Shown piece by piece: positions 34,767-49,700 of a DNA stretch of 64,000 bases. Positions within the stretch are counted from its first letter, which is position 1. Each line of letters begins with the position of its first letter. Source of the stretch: Balanoglossus misakiensis (Eukaryota > Animalia > Hemichordata); NCBI GenBank assembly GCA_040954595.2, contig CM082593.2:9495200-9559199 (forward strand), in the 5' to 3' direction. The position numbers and the translations under genes were made by a program. The notes below the pieces were generated by a model. It made no database searches. It was not told the DNA's origin and saw only the letters and a program-made list of their open reading frames with translations.

Positions 34767-37700
34767 TTTGACATGGGTATAAAATGTGTATAGGGGGATT
34801 TAAAGTTGTCAGTAAATCCCTGGGTTAATACGTGGCGGAAAGCACTGTACTTTGACATTGCTAATGCAACGATGACATTGAATGGGATTCTTTGCATTAG
34901 GGCAAATGGCGAAGCAAGCTCAATGATGCATCAGAGTTGACGGTGATGCAAGCTCTGCACTTTCACATGGGTATTTAATGTTAAATGTAAATCCATAGGT
35001 TAATACGTGGCCAAAAGCACTCTATTTTGACATTGTTAATGAAACGATGACATTGAATCTGATTCTTTGCATCAGGGCAAATGGTGAAGCAAGGTTGATG
35101 ATGCATCAGGGTAGATAGTGATGCAATCACTTCACTTTGACATGGGTATTAAATGCATATGGGGATTTCAAGTTGATGATAAATCCCTGGGTTAATACGT
35201 GTCCAAAAGCACTGTACTTTGACATTGCTAATGCAACGATGACATTGAATCAGATTCTTTGCATCAGGTTAAATGGCGAAGCAAGGTTGATGATGCATCA
35301 GGGTAGATAGTGATGCAAGCTCTGCACTTTGACATGGGTATAAAATGCCTACAGGGGGATTTAAAGTTGTCTGTAAATCCCTGGGTTCATACGTGTCCAA
35401 AAGCACTGTACTTTGACATTGCTAATGCAACGATGACATTGAATCTGATTCTTTGCATTAGGGTAAATGGCGAAGCAAGGTTGATGATGCATCAGGGTAG
35501 ATGGTGATGCAAACTCTGCACTTTCACATGGGTATTTAATGTTAAATGTAAATCCATAGGTTAATACGTGGCCAAAAGCACTCTAATTTGACATTGCTAA
35601 TGCAACGATGACATTGAATCTGATTCTTTGCATCAGGGCAAATGGCGAAGCAAGGTTGATGATGCATCAGGGTAGATAGTGATGCAAGCTCTGCACTTTG
35701 ACATGGGTATAAAATGCCTACAGGGGGATTTAAAGTTGTCTGTAAATCCCTGGGTTAATATGTGGCGGAAAGCACTGTACTTTGACATTGCATATGCAAT
35801 GGTGACATTGAATGGGATTCTTTGCATTAGGGTAAATGGCGAAGCAAGCTCAATGATGCATCAGAGTAGATGGTGATGCAAACTCTGCACTTTAACATGG
35901 GTATTGAATGTTAACTGTAAATCCATAGGTTAATACGTGGCCAAAAGCACTCTAATTTGACATTGCTAATGCAACGATGACTTTGAATCTGATTCTTTGC
36001 ATCAGGGCAAATGGCGAAGCAAGGTTGATGATGCATCAGGGTAGATAGTGATGCAATCACTTAACTTTGACATGGGTATTAAATGCATATGGGGATTTCA
36101 AGTTGATGATAAATCCCTGGGTTAATACGTGTCCAAAAGCACTGTACTTTGACATTGCTAATGTAACGATGACATTGAATCTGTTTCTTTGCATCAGGGT
36201 AAATGGCGTAGCAAGCTTTATATTGCATCAGGGTAGATAGTGATGCAAACACTTCACTTTGATATGGGTATTAAATGCATATGGGGATTTCAAGTTGATG
36301 ATAAATCCCTGGGTTAATACGTGTCCAAAAGCACTGTACTTTGACATTGCTAATGCAACGATGACATTGAGTCTGATTCTTTGCATCAGGGTAAATGGCA
36401 AAGCAAGGTTGATGATGCATCAGGGTAGATAGTGATGCAATCACTTCACTTTGACATGGGTATTAAATGCATATGGGGATTTCAAGTTGATGATAAATCC
36501 CTGGGTTAATACGTGTCCAAAAGCACTGTACTTTGGCATTGCTAATGCAACGATGACATTGAATCTGATTCTTTGCATCAGGGTAAATGGCGTAGCAAGC
36601 TTTATGATGCATCAGGGTAGATAGTGATGCAAACACTTAACTTTGACATGGGTATTAAATGCATATGGGGATTTCAGGTTGTTGAAAAATCTGTGGGTTA
36701 ATACGTGTCGAAAAGCACTGTACTTTGACATTGCTAATGCAACGATGACATTGAATCTGATTCTTTGCATCAGGGTAAATGGCGTAGCAAGCTTTATGAT
36801 GCATCAGGGTAGATAGTGATGCAAGCTCTGCACTTTGACATGGCCATAAAATGCCTACAGGGGGATTTAAAGTTGTCTGTAAATCCCTGGGTTAATACGT
36901 GGCGGAAAGCACTGTACTTTGACATTGCATATGCAATGGTGACATTGAATGGGATTCTTTGCATTAGGGCAAATGGCGAAGCAAGCTCAATGATGCATCA
37001 GAGTAGATGGTGATGCAAACTCTGCACTTTCACATGGGTATTTAATGTTAAATGTAAATCCATAGGTTAATACGTGGCCAAAAGCACTCTAATTTGACAT
37101 TGCTAATGGAACGATGACATTGAATCTGATTCTTTGCATCAGGGCAAATGGCGAAGCAAGGTTGATGATGCATCAGGGTAGATAGTGATGCAATCACTTA
37201 ACTTTGACATGGGTATTAAATGCATATGGGGATTTCAAGTTGATGATAAATCCCTGGGTTAATACGTGTCCAAAAGCACTGTACTTTGACATTGCTAATG
37301 TAACGATGACATTGAATCTGTTTCTTTGCATCAGGGTAAATGGCGTAGCAAGCTTTATATTGCATCAGGGTAGATAGTGATGCAAACACTTCACTTTGAC
37401 ATGGGTATTAAATGCATATGGGGATTTCAAGTTGATGATAAATCCCTGGGTTAATACGTGTCCAAAAGCACTGTACTTTGACATTGCTAATGCAACGATG
37501 ACATTGAATCTGATTCTCTGCATCAGGGCAAATGGCGAAGCAAGGTTGATGATGCATCAGGGTAGATAGTGATGCAATCACTTCACTTTGACATTGGTAT
37601 TAAATGCATATGGGGATTTCAAGTTGATGATAAATCCCTGGGTTAATACGTGTCCAAAAGCACTGTACTTTGACATTGCTAATGCAACGATGACATTGAA

Positions 37701-40700
37701 TCTGATTCTTTGCATCAGGGTATATGGCGTAGCAAGCTTTATGATGCATCAGGGTAGATAGTGATGCAAACACTTCACTTTGACATGGGTATTAAATGCA
37801 TATGGGGATTTCAGGTTGTTGAAAAATCTGTGGGTTAATACGTGTCCAAAAGCACTGTACTTTGACATTGCTAATGCAACGATGACATTGAATCTGATTC
37901 TTTGCATCAGGGTAAATGGCGTAGCAAGCTTTATGACGCATCAGGGTAGATAGTGATGCAAACACTTCACTTTGATATGGGTATAAAATGCCTACAGGGG
38001 GATTTAAAGTTGTCTGTAAATCCCTGGGTTAATACGTGGCTGAAAGCACTGTACTTTGACATTGCATATGCAATGGTGACATTGAATGGGATTCTTTGCA
38101 TTAGGGCAAATGGCGAAGCAAGCTCAATGATGCATCAGAGTAGATGGTGATGCAAACTCTGCACTTTCACATGGGTATTTAATGTTAAATGTAAATCCAT
38201 AGGTTAATACGTGGCCAAAAGCACTCTAATTTGACATTGCTAATGCAACGATGACATTGAATCTGATTCTTTGCATCTGGGCAAATGGCGAAGCAAGGTT
38301 GATGATGCATCAGGGTAGATAGTGATGCAATCACTTCACTTTGACATGGGTTTTAAATGCATATGGGGATTTCAAGTTGATGATAAATCCCTGGGTTAAT
38401 ACGTGTCCAAAAGCACTGTACTTTGACATTGCTAATGTAACGATGACATTGATTATGATTCTTTGCATCAGGGTAAATGGCGTAGAAAGCTTTATGATGC
38501 ATCAGGGTAGATAGTAATGCAAACACTTCACTTTGACATGGGTATTAAATGCATATGGGGATTTCAGGTTGTTGAAAAATCTGTGGGTTAATACGTGTCC
38601 AAAAGCACTGTACTTTGACATTGCTAATGCAACGATGACATTGAATCTGATTCTTTGCATCAGGGTAAATGGCGTAGCAAGCTTTATGATGCATCAGGGT
38701 AGATAGTAATGCAAACACTTCACTTTGACATGGGTATTAAATGCATATGGGGAATTCAGGTTGTTGAAAAATCTGTGGGTTAATATGTGTCGAAAAGCAC
38801 TGTACTTTGACATTGCTAATGCAATGATGACATTGAATCTGATTCTTTGCATCAGGGTAAATGGCGTAGCAAGGTTTATGATGCATCAGGGTAGATAGTG
38901 ATGCAAACACTTCACTTTGACATGGGTATAAAATGCCTACAGGGGGATTTAAAGTTGTCTGTAAATCCCTGGGTTAATACGTGTCCAAAAGCACTGTACT
39001 TTGACATTGCTAATGCAACGATGACATTGAATCTGATTCTTTGCATCAGGGTAAATGGCGAAGCAAGGTTGATGATGCATCAGGGTAGATAGTGATGCAA
39101 GCTCTGCACTTTGACATGGGTATAAAATGCCTACAGGGGGATTTAAAGTTGTCTGTAAATCCCTGGGTTAATACGTGGCGGATAGCACTGTACTTTGACA
39201 TTGCATATGCAATGGTGACATTGAATGGGATTCTTTGCATTAGGGCAAATGGCGAAGCAAGCTCAATGATGCATCAGAGTAGATGGTGATGCAAACTCTG
39301 CACTTTCACATGGGTATTTAATGTTAAATGTAAATCCATAGGTTAATACGTGGCCAAAAGCACTCTAATTTGACATTGCTAATGGAACGATGACATTGAA
39401 TCTGATTCTTTGCATCAGGGCAAATGGCGAAGCAAGGTTGATGATGCATCAGGGTAGATAGTGATGCAATCACTTAACTTTGACATGGATATTAAATGCA
39501 TATGGGGATTTCAAGTTGATGTAAATCCCTGGGTTAATACGTGTCCAAAAGCACTGTACTTTGACATTGCTAATGTAACGATGACATTGAATCTGTTTCT
39601 TTGCATCAGGGTAAATGGCGTAGCAAGCTTTATATTGCATCAGGGTAGATAGTGATGCAAACACTTCACTTTGACATGGGTATTAAATGCATATGGGGAT
39701 TTCAAGTTGATGATAAATCCCTGGGTTAATACGTGTCCAAAAGCACTGTACTTTGACATTGCTAATGCAACGATGACATTGAATCTGATTCTCTGCATCA
39801 GGGCAAATGGCGAAGCAAGGTTGATGATGCATCAGGGTAGATAGTGATGCAATCACTTCACTTTGACATTGGTATTAAATGCATATGGGGATTTCAAGTT
39901 GATGATAAATCCCTGGTTTAATACGTGTCCAAAAGCACTGTACTTTGACATTGCTAATGCAACGATGACATTGAATCTGATTCTTTGCATCAGGGTATAT
40001 GGCGTAGCAAGCTTTATGATGCATCAGGGTAGATAGTGATGCAAACACTTCACTTTGACATGGGTATTAAATGCATATGGGGATTTCAGGTTGTTGAAAA
40101 ATCTGTGGGTTAATACGTGTCCAAAAGCACTGTACTTTGACATTGCTAATGCAACGATGACATTGAATCTGATTCTTTGCATCAGGGTAAATGGCGTAGC
40201 AAGCTTTATGACGCATCAGGGTAGATAGTGATGCAAACACTTCACTTTGACATGGGTATAAAATGCCTACAGGGGGATTTAAAGTTGTCTGTAAATCCCT
40301 GGGTTAATACGTGGCGGATAGCACTGTACTTTGACATTGCATATGCAATGGTGACATTGAATGGGATTCTTTGCATTAGGGCAAATGGCGAAGCAAGCTC
40401 AATGATGCATCAGAGTAGATGGTGATGCAAACTCTGCACTTTCACATGGGTATTTAATGTTAAATGTAAATCCATAGGTTAATACGTGGCCAAAAGCACT
40501 CTAATTTGACATTGCTAATGGAACGATGACATTGAATCTGATTCTTTGCATCAGGGCAAATGGCGAAGCAAGGTTGATGATGCATCAGGGTAGATAGTGA
40601 TGCAATCACTTAACTTTGACATGGGTATTAAATGCATATGGGGATTTCAAGTTGATGATAAATCCCTGGGTTAATACGTGTCCAAAAGCACTGTACTTTG

Positions 40701-43700
40701 ACATTGCTAATGTAACGATGACATTGAATCTGTTTCTTTGCATCAGGGTAAATGGCGTAGCAAGCTTTATATTGCATCAGGGTAGATAGTGATGCAAACA
40801 CTTCACTTTGACATGGGTATTAAATGCATATGGGGATTTCAAGTTGATGATAAATCCCTGGGTTAATACGTGTCCAAAAGCACTGTACTTTGACATTGCT
40901 AATGCAACGATGACATTGAATCTGATTCTCTGCATCAGGGCAAATGGCGAAGCAAGGTTGATGATGCATCAGGGTAGATAGTGATGCAATCACTTCACTT
41001 TGACATTGGTATTAAATGCATATGGGGATTTCAAGTTGATGATAAATCCCTGGGTTAATACGTGTCCAAAAGCACTGTACTTTGACATTGCTAATGCAAC
41101 GATGACATTGAATCTGATTCTTTGCATCAGGGTATATGGCGTAGCAAGCTTTATGATGCATCAGGGTAGATAGTGATGCAAACACTTCACTTTGACATGG
41201 GTATTAAATGCATATGGGGATTTCAGGTTGTTGAAAAATCTGTGGGTTAATACGTGTCCAAAAGCACTGTACTTTGACATTGCTAATGCAACGATGACAT
41301 TGAATCTGATTCTTTGCATCAGGGTAAATGGCGTAGCAAGCTTTATGACGCATCAGGGTAGATAGTGATGCAAACACTTCACTTTGACATGGGTATAAAA
41401 TGCCTACAGGGGGATTTAAAGTTGTCTGTAAATCCCTGGGTTAATACGTGGCTGAAAGCACTGTACTTTGACATTGCATATGCAATGGTGACATTGAATG
41501 GGATTCTTTGCATTAGGGCAAATGGCGAAGCAAGCTCAATGATGCATCAGAGTAGATGGTGATGCAAACTCTGCACTTTCACATGGGTATTTAATGTTAA
41601 ATGTAAATCCATAGGTTAATACGTGGCCAAAAGCACTCTAATTTGACATTGCTAATGCAACGATGACATTGAATCTGATTCTTTGCATCTGGGCAAATGG
41701 CGAAGCAAGGTTGATGATGCATCAGGGTAGATAGTGATGCAATCACTTCACTTTGACATGGGTATTAAATGCATATGGGGATTTCAAGTTGATGATAAAT
41801 CCCTGGGTTAATACGTGTCCAAAAGCACTGTACTTTGACATTGCTAATGTAACGATGACATTGATTATGATTCTTTGCATCAGGGTAAATGGCGTAGAAA
41901 GCTTTATGATGCATCAGGGTAGATAGTAATGCAAACACTTCACTTTGACATGGGTATTAAATGCATATGGGGATTTCAGGTTGTTGAAAAATCTGTGGGT
42001 TAATACGTGTCCAAAAGCACTGTACTTTGACATTGCTAATGCAACGATGACATTGAATCTGATTCTTTGCATCAGGGTAAATGGCGTAGCAAGCTTTATG
42101 ATGCATCAGGGTAGATAGTAATGCAAACACTTCACTTTGACATGGGTATTAAATGCATATGGGGATTTCAGGTTGTTGAAAAATCTGTGGGTTAATACGT
42201 GTCGAAAAGCACTGTACTTTGACATTGCTAATGCAATGATGACATTGAATCTCATTCTTTGCATCAGGGTAAATGGCGTAGCAAGCTTTATGATGCATCA
42301 GGGTAGATAGTGATGCAAACACTTCACTTTGACATGGGTATAAAATGCCTACAGGGGGATTTAAAGTTGTCTGTAAATCCCTGGGTTAATACGTGTCCAA
42401 AAGCACTGTACTTTGACATTGCTAATGCAACGATGACATTGAATCTGATTCTTTGCATCAGGGTAAATGGCGAAGCAAGGTTGATGATGCATCAGGGTAG
42501 ATAGTGATGCAAGCTCTGCACTTTGACATGGGTATAAAATGCCTACAGGGGGATTTAAAGTTGTCTGTAAATCCCTGGGTTAATACGTGGCGGATAGCAC
42601 TGTACTTTGACATTGCATATGCAATGGTGACATTGAATGGGATTCTTTGCATTAGGGCAAATGGCGAAGCAAGCTCAATGATGCATCAGAGTAGATGGTG
42701 ATGCAAACTGTGCACTTTCACATGGGTATTTAATGTTAAATCTAAATCCATAGGTTAATACGTGGCCAAAAGCACTCTAATTTGACATTGCTAATGGAAC
42801 GATGACATTGAATCTGATTCTTTGCATCAGGGCAAATGGCGAAGCAAGGTTGATGATGCATCAGGGTAGATAGTTATGCAATCACTTCACTTTGACATTG
42901 GTATTAAATGCATATGGGGATTTCAAGTTGATGATAAATCCCTGGGTTAATACGTGTCCAAAAGCACTGTACTTTGACATTGCTAATGCAACGATGACAT
43001 TGAATCTGATTCTTTGCATCAGGGTAAATGGCGTAGCAAGCTTTATGATGCATCAGGGCAGATAGTGATGCAAACACTTCACTTTGTCATGGGTATTAAA
43101 TGCATATGGGGATTTCAGGTTGTTGAAAAATCTGTGGGTTAATACGTGTCCAAAAGCACTGTACTTTGACATTGCTAATGCAACGATGACATTGAATCTG
43201 ATTCTTTGCATCAGGGTAAATGGCGTAGCAAGCTTTATGACGCATCAGGGTAGATAGTGATGCAAACACTTCACTTTGACATGTGTATAAAATGCCTACA
43301 GGGGGATTTAAAGTTGTCTGTAAATCCCTGGGTTAATACGTGTCCAAAAACACTGTACTTTGACATTGCTAATGCAGCGATGACATTGAATCTGATTCTT
43401 TGCATCAGGGTAAATGGGGAAGCAAGGTTGATGATGCATCAGGGTAGATAGTGATGCAAGCTCTGCACTTTGACATGTGTATAAAATGCCTACAGGGGGA
43501 TTTAAAGTTGTCTGTAAATCCCTGGGTTAATACGTGGCTGAAAGCACTGTACTTTGACATTGCATATGCAATGGTGACATTGAATGGGATTCTTTGCATT
43601 AGGGCAAATGGCGAAGCAAGCTCAATGATGCATCAGAGTAGATGGTGATGCAAACTCTGCACTTTCACATGGGTATTTAATGTTAAATGTAAATCCATAG

Positions 43701-46700
43701 GTTAATACGTGGCCAAAAGCACTCTAATTTGACATTGCTAATGGAACGATGACATTGAATCTGATTCTTTGCATCAGGGCAAATGGCGAAGCAAGGTTGA
43801 TGATGCATCAGGGTAGATAGTGATGCAATCACTTCACTTTGACATTGGTATTAAATGCATATGGGGATTTCAGGTTGATGATAAATCCCTGGGTTAATAC
43901 GTGTCCAAAAGCACTGTACTTTGACATTGCTAATGCAACGATGACATTGAATCTGATTCTTTGCATCAGGGTAAATGGCGTAGCAAGCTTTATGATGCAT
44001 CAGGGCAGATAGTGATGCAAACACTTCACTTTGTCATGGGTATTAAATGCATATGGGGATTTCAGGTTGTTGAAAAATCTGTGGGTTAATACGTGTCCAA
44101 AAGCACTGTACTTTGACATTGCTAATGCAACGATGACATTGAATCTGATTCTTTGCATCAGGGTAAATGGCGTAGCAAGCTTTATGACGCATCAGGGTAG
44201 ATAGTGATGCAAACACTTCACTTTGACATGGGTATAAAATGCCTACAGGGGGATTTAAAGTTGTCTGTAAATCCCTGGGTTAATACGTGTCCAAAAACAC
44301 TGTACTTTGACATTGCTAATGCAGCGATGACATTGAATCTGATTCTTTGCATCAGGGTAAATGGGGAAGCAAGGTTGATGATGCATCAGGGTAGATAGTG
44401 ATGCAAGCTCTGCACTTTGACATGTGTATAAAATGCCTACAGGGGGATTTAAAGTTGTCTGTAAATCCCTGGGTTAATACGTGGCTGAAAGCACTGTACT
44501 TTGACATTGCATATGCAATGGTGACATTGAATGGGATTCTTTGCATTAGGGCAAATGGCGAAGCAAGCTCAATGATGCATCAGAGTAGATGGTGATGCAA
44601 ACTCTGCACTTTCACATGGGTATTTAATGTTAAATGTAAATCCATATGTTAATACGTGGCCAAAAGCACTCTAATTTGACATTGCTAATGGAACGATGAC
44701 ATTGAATCTGATTCTTTGCATCAGGGCAAATGGCGAAGCAAGGTTGATGATGCATCAGGGTAGATAGTGATGCAATCACTTCACTTTGACATTGGTATTA
44801 AATGCATATGGGGATTTCAAGTTGATGATAAATCCCTGGGTTAATACGTGTCCAAAAGCACTGTACTTTGACATTGCTAATGCAACGATGACATTGAATC
44901 TGATTCTTTGCATCAGGGTAAATGGCGTAGCAAGCTTTATGATGCATCAGGGTAGATAGTGATGCAAACACTTCACTTTGTCATGGGTATTAAATGCATA
45001 TGGGGATTTCAGGTTGTTGAAAAATCTGTGGGTTAATACGTGTCCAAAAGCACTGTACTTTGACATTGCTAATGCAACGATGACATTGAATCTGATTCTT
45101 TGCATCAGGGTAAATGGCGTAGCAAGCTTTATGACGCATCAGGGTAGATAGTGATGCAAACACTTCACTTTGACATGGGTATAAAAAGCCTACAGGGGGA
45201 TTTAAAGTTGTCTGTAAATCCCTGGGTTAATACGTGTCCAAAAACACTGTACTTTGACATTGCTAATGCAGCGATGACATTGAATCTGATTCTTTGCATC
45301 AGGGTAAATGGCGAAGCAAGGTTGATTATGCATCAGGGTAGATAGTGATGCAAGCTCTGCACTTTGACATGGGTATAAAATGCCTACAGGGGGATTTAAA
45401 GTTGTCTGTAAATCCCTGGGTTAATACGTGGCTGAAAGCACTGTACTTTGACATTGCATATGCAATGGTGACATTGAATGGGATTCTTTGCATTAGTGCA
45501 AATGGCGAAGCAAGCTCAATGATGCATCAGAGTAGATGGTGATGCAAACTCTGCACTTTCACATGGGTATTTAATGTTAAATGTAAATCCATAGGTTAAT
45601 ACGTGGCCAAAAGCACTCTAATTTGACATTGCTAATGCAACGATGACATTGAATCTGATTCTTTGCATCTGGGCAAATGGCGAAGCAAGGTTGATGATGC
45701 ATCAGGGTAGATAGTGATGCAATCACTTCACTTTGACATGGGTATTAAATGCATATGGGGATTTCAAGTTGATGATAAATCCCTGGGTTAATACGTGTCC
45801 AAAAGCACTGTACTTTGACATTGCTAATGTAACGATGACATTGAATCTGATTCTTTGCATCAGGGTAAATGGCGTAGCAAGCTTTATGATGCATCAGGGT
45901 AGATAGTGATGCAAACACTTCACTTTGTCATGGGTATTAAATGCATATGGGGATTTCAGGTTGTTGAAAAATCTGTGGGTTAATACGTGTCCAAAAGCAC
46001 TGTACTTTGACATTGCTAATGCAACGATGACATTGAATCTGATTCTTTGCATCAGGGTAAATGGCGTAGCAAGCTTTATGACGCATCAGGGTAGATAGTG
46101 ATGCAAACACTTCACTTTGACATGGGTATAAAATGCCTACAGGGGGATTTAAAGTTGTCTGTAAATCCCTGGGTTAATACGTGTCCAAAAACACTGTACT
46201 TTGACATTGCTAATGCAGCGATGACATTGAATCTGATTCTTTGCATCAGGGTAAATGGGGAAGCAAGGTTGATGATGCATCAGGGTAGATAGTGATGCAA
46301 GCTCTGCACTTTGACATGTGTATAAAATGCCTACAGGGGGATTTAAAGTTGTCTGTAAATCCCTGGGTTAATACGTGGCTGAAAGCACTGTACTTTGACA
46401 TTGCATATGCAATGGTGACATTGAATGGGATTCTTTGCATTAGGGCAAATGGCGAAGCAAGCTCAATGATGCATCAGAGTAGATGGTGATGCAAACTCTG
46501 CACTTTCACATGGGTATTTAATGTTAAATGTAAATCCATAGGTTAATACGTGGCCAAAAGCACTCTAATTTGACATTGCTAATGGAACGATGACATTGAA
46601 TCTGATTCTTTGCATCAGGGCAAATGGCGAAGCAAGGTTGATGATGCATCAGGGTAGATAGTGATGCAATCACTTCACTTTGACATTGGTATTAAATGCA

Positions 46701-49700
46701 TATGGGGATTTCAAGTTGATGATAAATCCCTGGGTTAATACGTGTCCAAAAGCACTGTACTTTGACATTGCTAATGCAACGATGACATTGAATCTGATTC
46801 TTTGCATCAGGGTAAATGGCGTAGCAAGCTTTATGATGCATCAGGGCAGATAGTGATGCAAACACTTCACTTTGTCATGGGTATAAAATGCCTACAGGGG
46901 GATTTAAAGTTGTCTGTAAATCCCTGGGTTAATACGTGTCCAAAAACACTGTACTTTGACATTGCTAATGCAGCGATGACATTGAATCTGATTCTTTGCA
47001 TCAGGGTAAATGGGGAAGCAAGGTTGATGATGCATCAGGGTAGATAGTGATGCAAGCTCTGCACTTTGACATGTGTATAAAATGCCTACAGGGGGATTTA
47101 AAGTTGTCTGTAAATCCCTGGGTTAATACGTGGCTGAAAGCACTGTACTTTGACATTGCATATGCAATGGTGACATTGAATGGGATTCTTTGCATTAGGG
47201 CAAATGGCGAAGCAAGCTCAATGATGCATCAGAGTAGATGGTGATGCAAACTCTGCACTTTCACATGGGTATTTAATGTTAAATGTAAATCCATAGGTTA
47301 ATACGTGGCCAAAAGCACTCTAATTTGACATTGCTAATGCAACGATGACATTGAATCTGATTCTTTGCATCAGGGCAAATGGCGAAGCAAGGTTGATGAT
47401 GCATCAAGGTAGATAGTGATGCAAACACTTCACTTTGACATGGGTATTAAATGCATATGGGGATTTCAGGTTGTTGAAAAATCTGTGGGTTAATACGTGT
47501 CGAAAAGCACTGTACTTTGACATTGCTAATGCAATGATGACATTGAATCTGATTCTTTGCATCAGGGTAAATGGCGTAGCAAGCTTTATGATGCATCAGG
47601 GTAGATAGTGTTGCAAACACTTCACTTTGACATGGGTACAAAATGCCTACAGGGGGATTTAAAGTTGTCTGTAAATCCCTGGGTTAATACGTGTCCAAAA
47701 GCACTGTACTTTGACATTGCTAATGCAACGATGACATTGAATCTGATTCTTTGCATCAGGGTAAATGGCGAAGCAAGGTTGATTATGCATCAGGGTAGAT
47801 AGTGATGCAAGCTCTGCACTTTGACATGGGTATAAAATGCCTACAGGGGGATTTAAAGTTGTCTGTAAATCCCTGGGTTAATACGTGGCGGAAAGCACTG
47901 TACTTTGACATTGCATATGCAATGGTGACATTGAATGGGATTCTTTGCATTAGGGCAAATGGCGAAGCAAGCTCAATGATGCATCAGAGTAGATGGTGAT
48001 GCAAACTCTGCACTTTCACATGGGTATTTAATGTTAAATGTAAATCCATAGGTTAATACGTGGCCAAAAGCACTCTAATTTGACATTGCTAATGGAACGA
48101 TGACATTGAATCTGATTCTTTGCATCAGGGCAAATGGCGAAGCAAGGTTGATGATGCATCAGGGTAGATAGTGATGCAATCACTTCACTTTGACATGGGT
48201 ATTAAATGCATATGGGGATTTCAAGTTGATGATAAATCCCTGGGTTAATACGTGTCCAAAAGCACTGTACTTTGACATTGCTAATGCAACGATGACATTG
48301 AATCTGATTCTTTGCATCAGGGTAAATGGCGTAGCAAGCTTTATGATGCATCAGGGCAGATAGTGATGTAAACACTTCACTTTGTCATGGGTATTAAATG
48401 CATATGGGGATTTCAGGTTGTTGAAAAATCTGTGGGTTAATACGTGTCGAAAAGCACTGTACTTTGACATTGCTAATGCAATGATGACATTGAATCTGAT
48501 TCTTTGCATCAGGGTAAATGGCGTAGCAAGCTTTATGATGCATCAGGGTAGATAGTGTTGCAAACACTTCACTTTGACATGGGTATAAAATGCCTACAGG
48601 GGGATTTAAAGTTGTCTGTAAATCCCTGGGTTAATACGTGTCCAAAAGCACTGTACTTTGACATTGCTAATGCAACGATGACATTGAATCTGATTCTTTG
48701 CATCAGGGTAAATGGCGAAGCAAGGTTGATTATGCATCAGGGTAGATAGTGATGCAAGCTCTGCACTTTGACATGGGTATAAAATGCCTACAGGGGGATT
48801 TAAAGTTGTCTGTAAATCCCTGGGTTAATACGTGGCGGAAAGCACTGTACTTTGACATTGCATATGCAATGGTGACATTGAATGGGATTCTTTGCATTAG
48901 GGCAAATGGCGAAGCAAGCTCAATGATGCATCAGAGTAGATGGTGATGCAAACTCTGCACTTTCACATGGGTATTTAATGTTAAATGTAAATCCATAGGT
49001 TAATACGTGGCCAAAAGCACTCTAATTTGACATTGCTAATGGAACGATGACATTGAATCTGATTCTTTGCATCAGGGCAAATGGCGAAGCAAGGTTGATG
49101 ATGCATCAGGGTAGATAGTGATGCAATCACTTCACTTTGACATGGGTATTAAATGCATATGGGGATTTCAAGTTGATGATAAATCCCTGGGTTAATACGT
49201 GTCCAAAAGCACTGTACTTTGACATTGCTAATGTAACGATGACATTGAATATGATTCTTTGCATCAGGGTAAATGGCGTAGCAAGCTTTATGATGCATCA
49301 GGGTAGATAGTGATGCAAACACTTCACTTTGACATGGGTATTAAATGCATATGGGGATTTCAGGTTGTTGAAAAATCTGTGGGTTAATACGTGTCGAAAA
49401 GCACTGTACTTTGACATTGCTAATGCAATGATGACATTGAATCTGATTCTTTGCATCAGGGTAAATGGCGTAGCAAGCTTTATGATGCATCAGGGTAGAT
49501 AGTGATGCAAACACTTCACTTTGACATGGGTGTAAAATGCCTACAGGGGGATTTAAAGTTGTCTGTAAATCCCTAGGTTAATACGTGTCCAAAAGCACTG
49601 TACTTTGACATTGCTAATGCAACGATGACATTGAATCTGATTCTTTGCATCAGGGTAAATGGCGAAGCAAGGTTGATGATGCATCAGGGTAGATAGTGAT

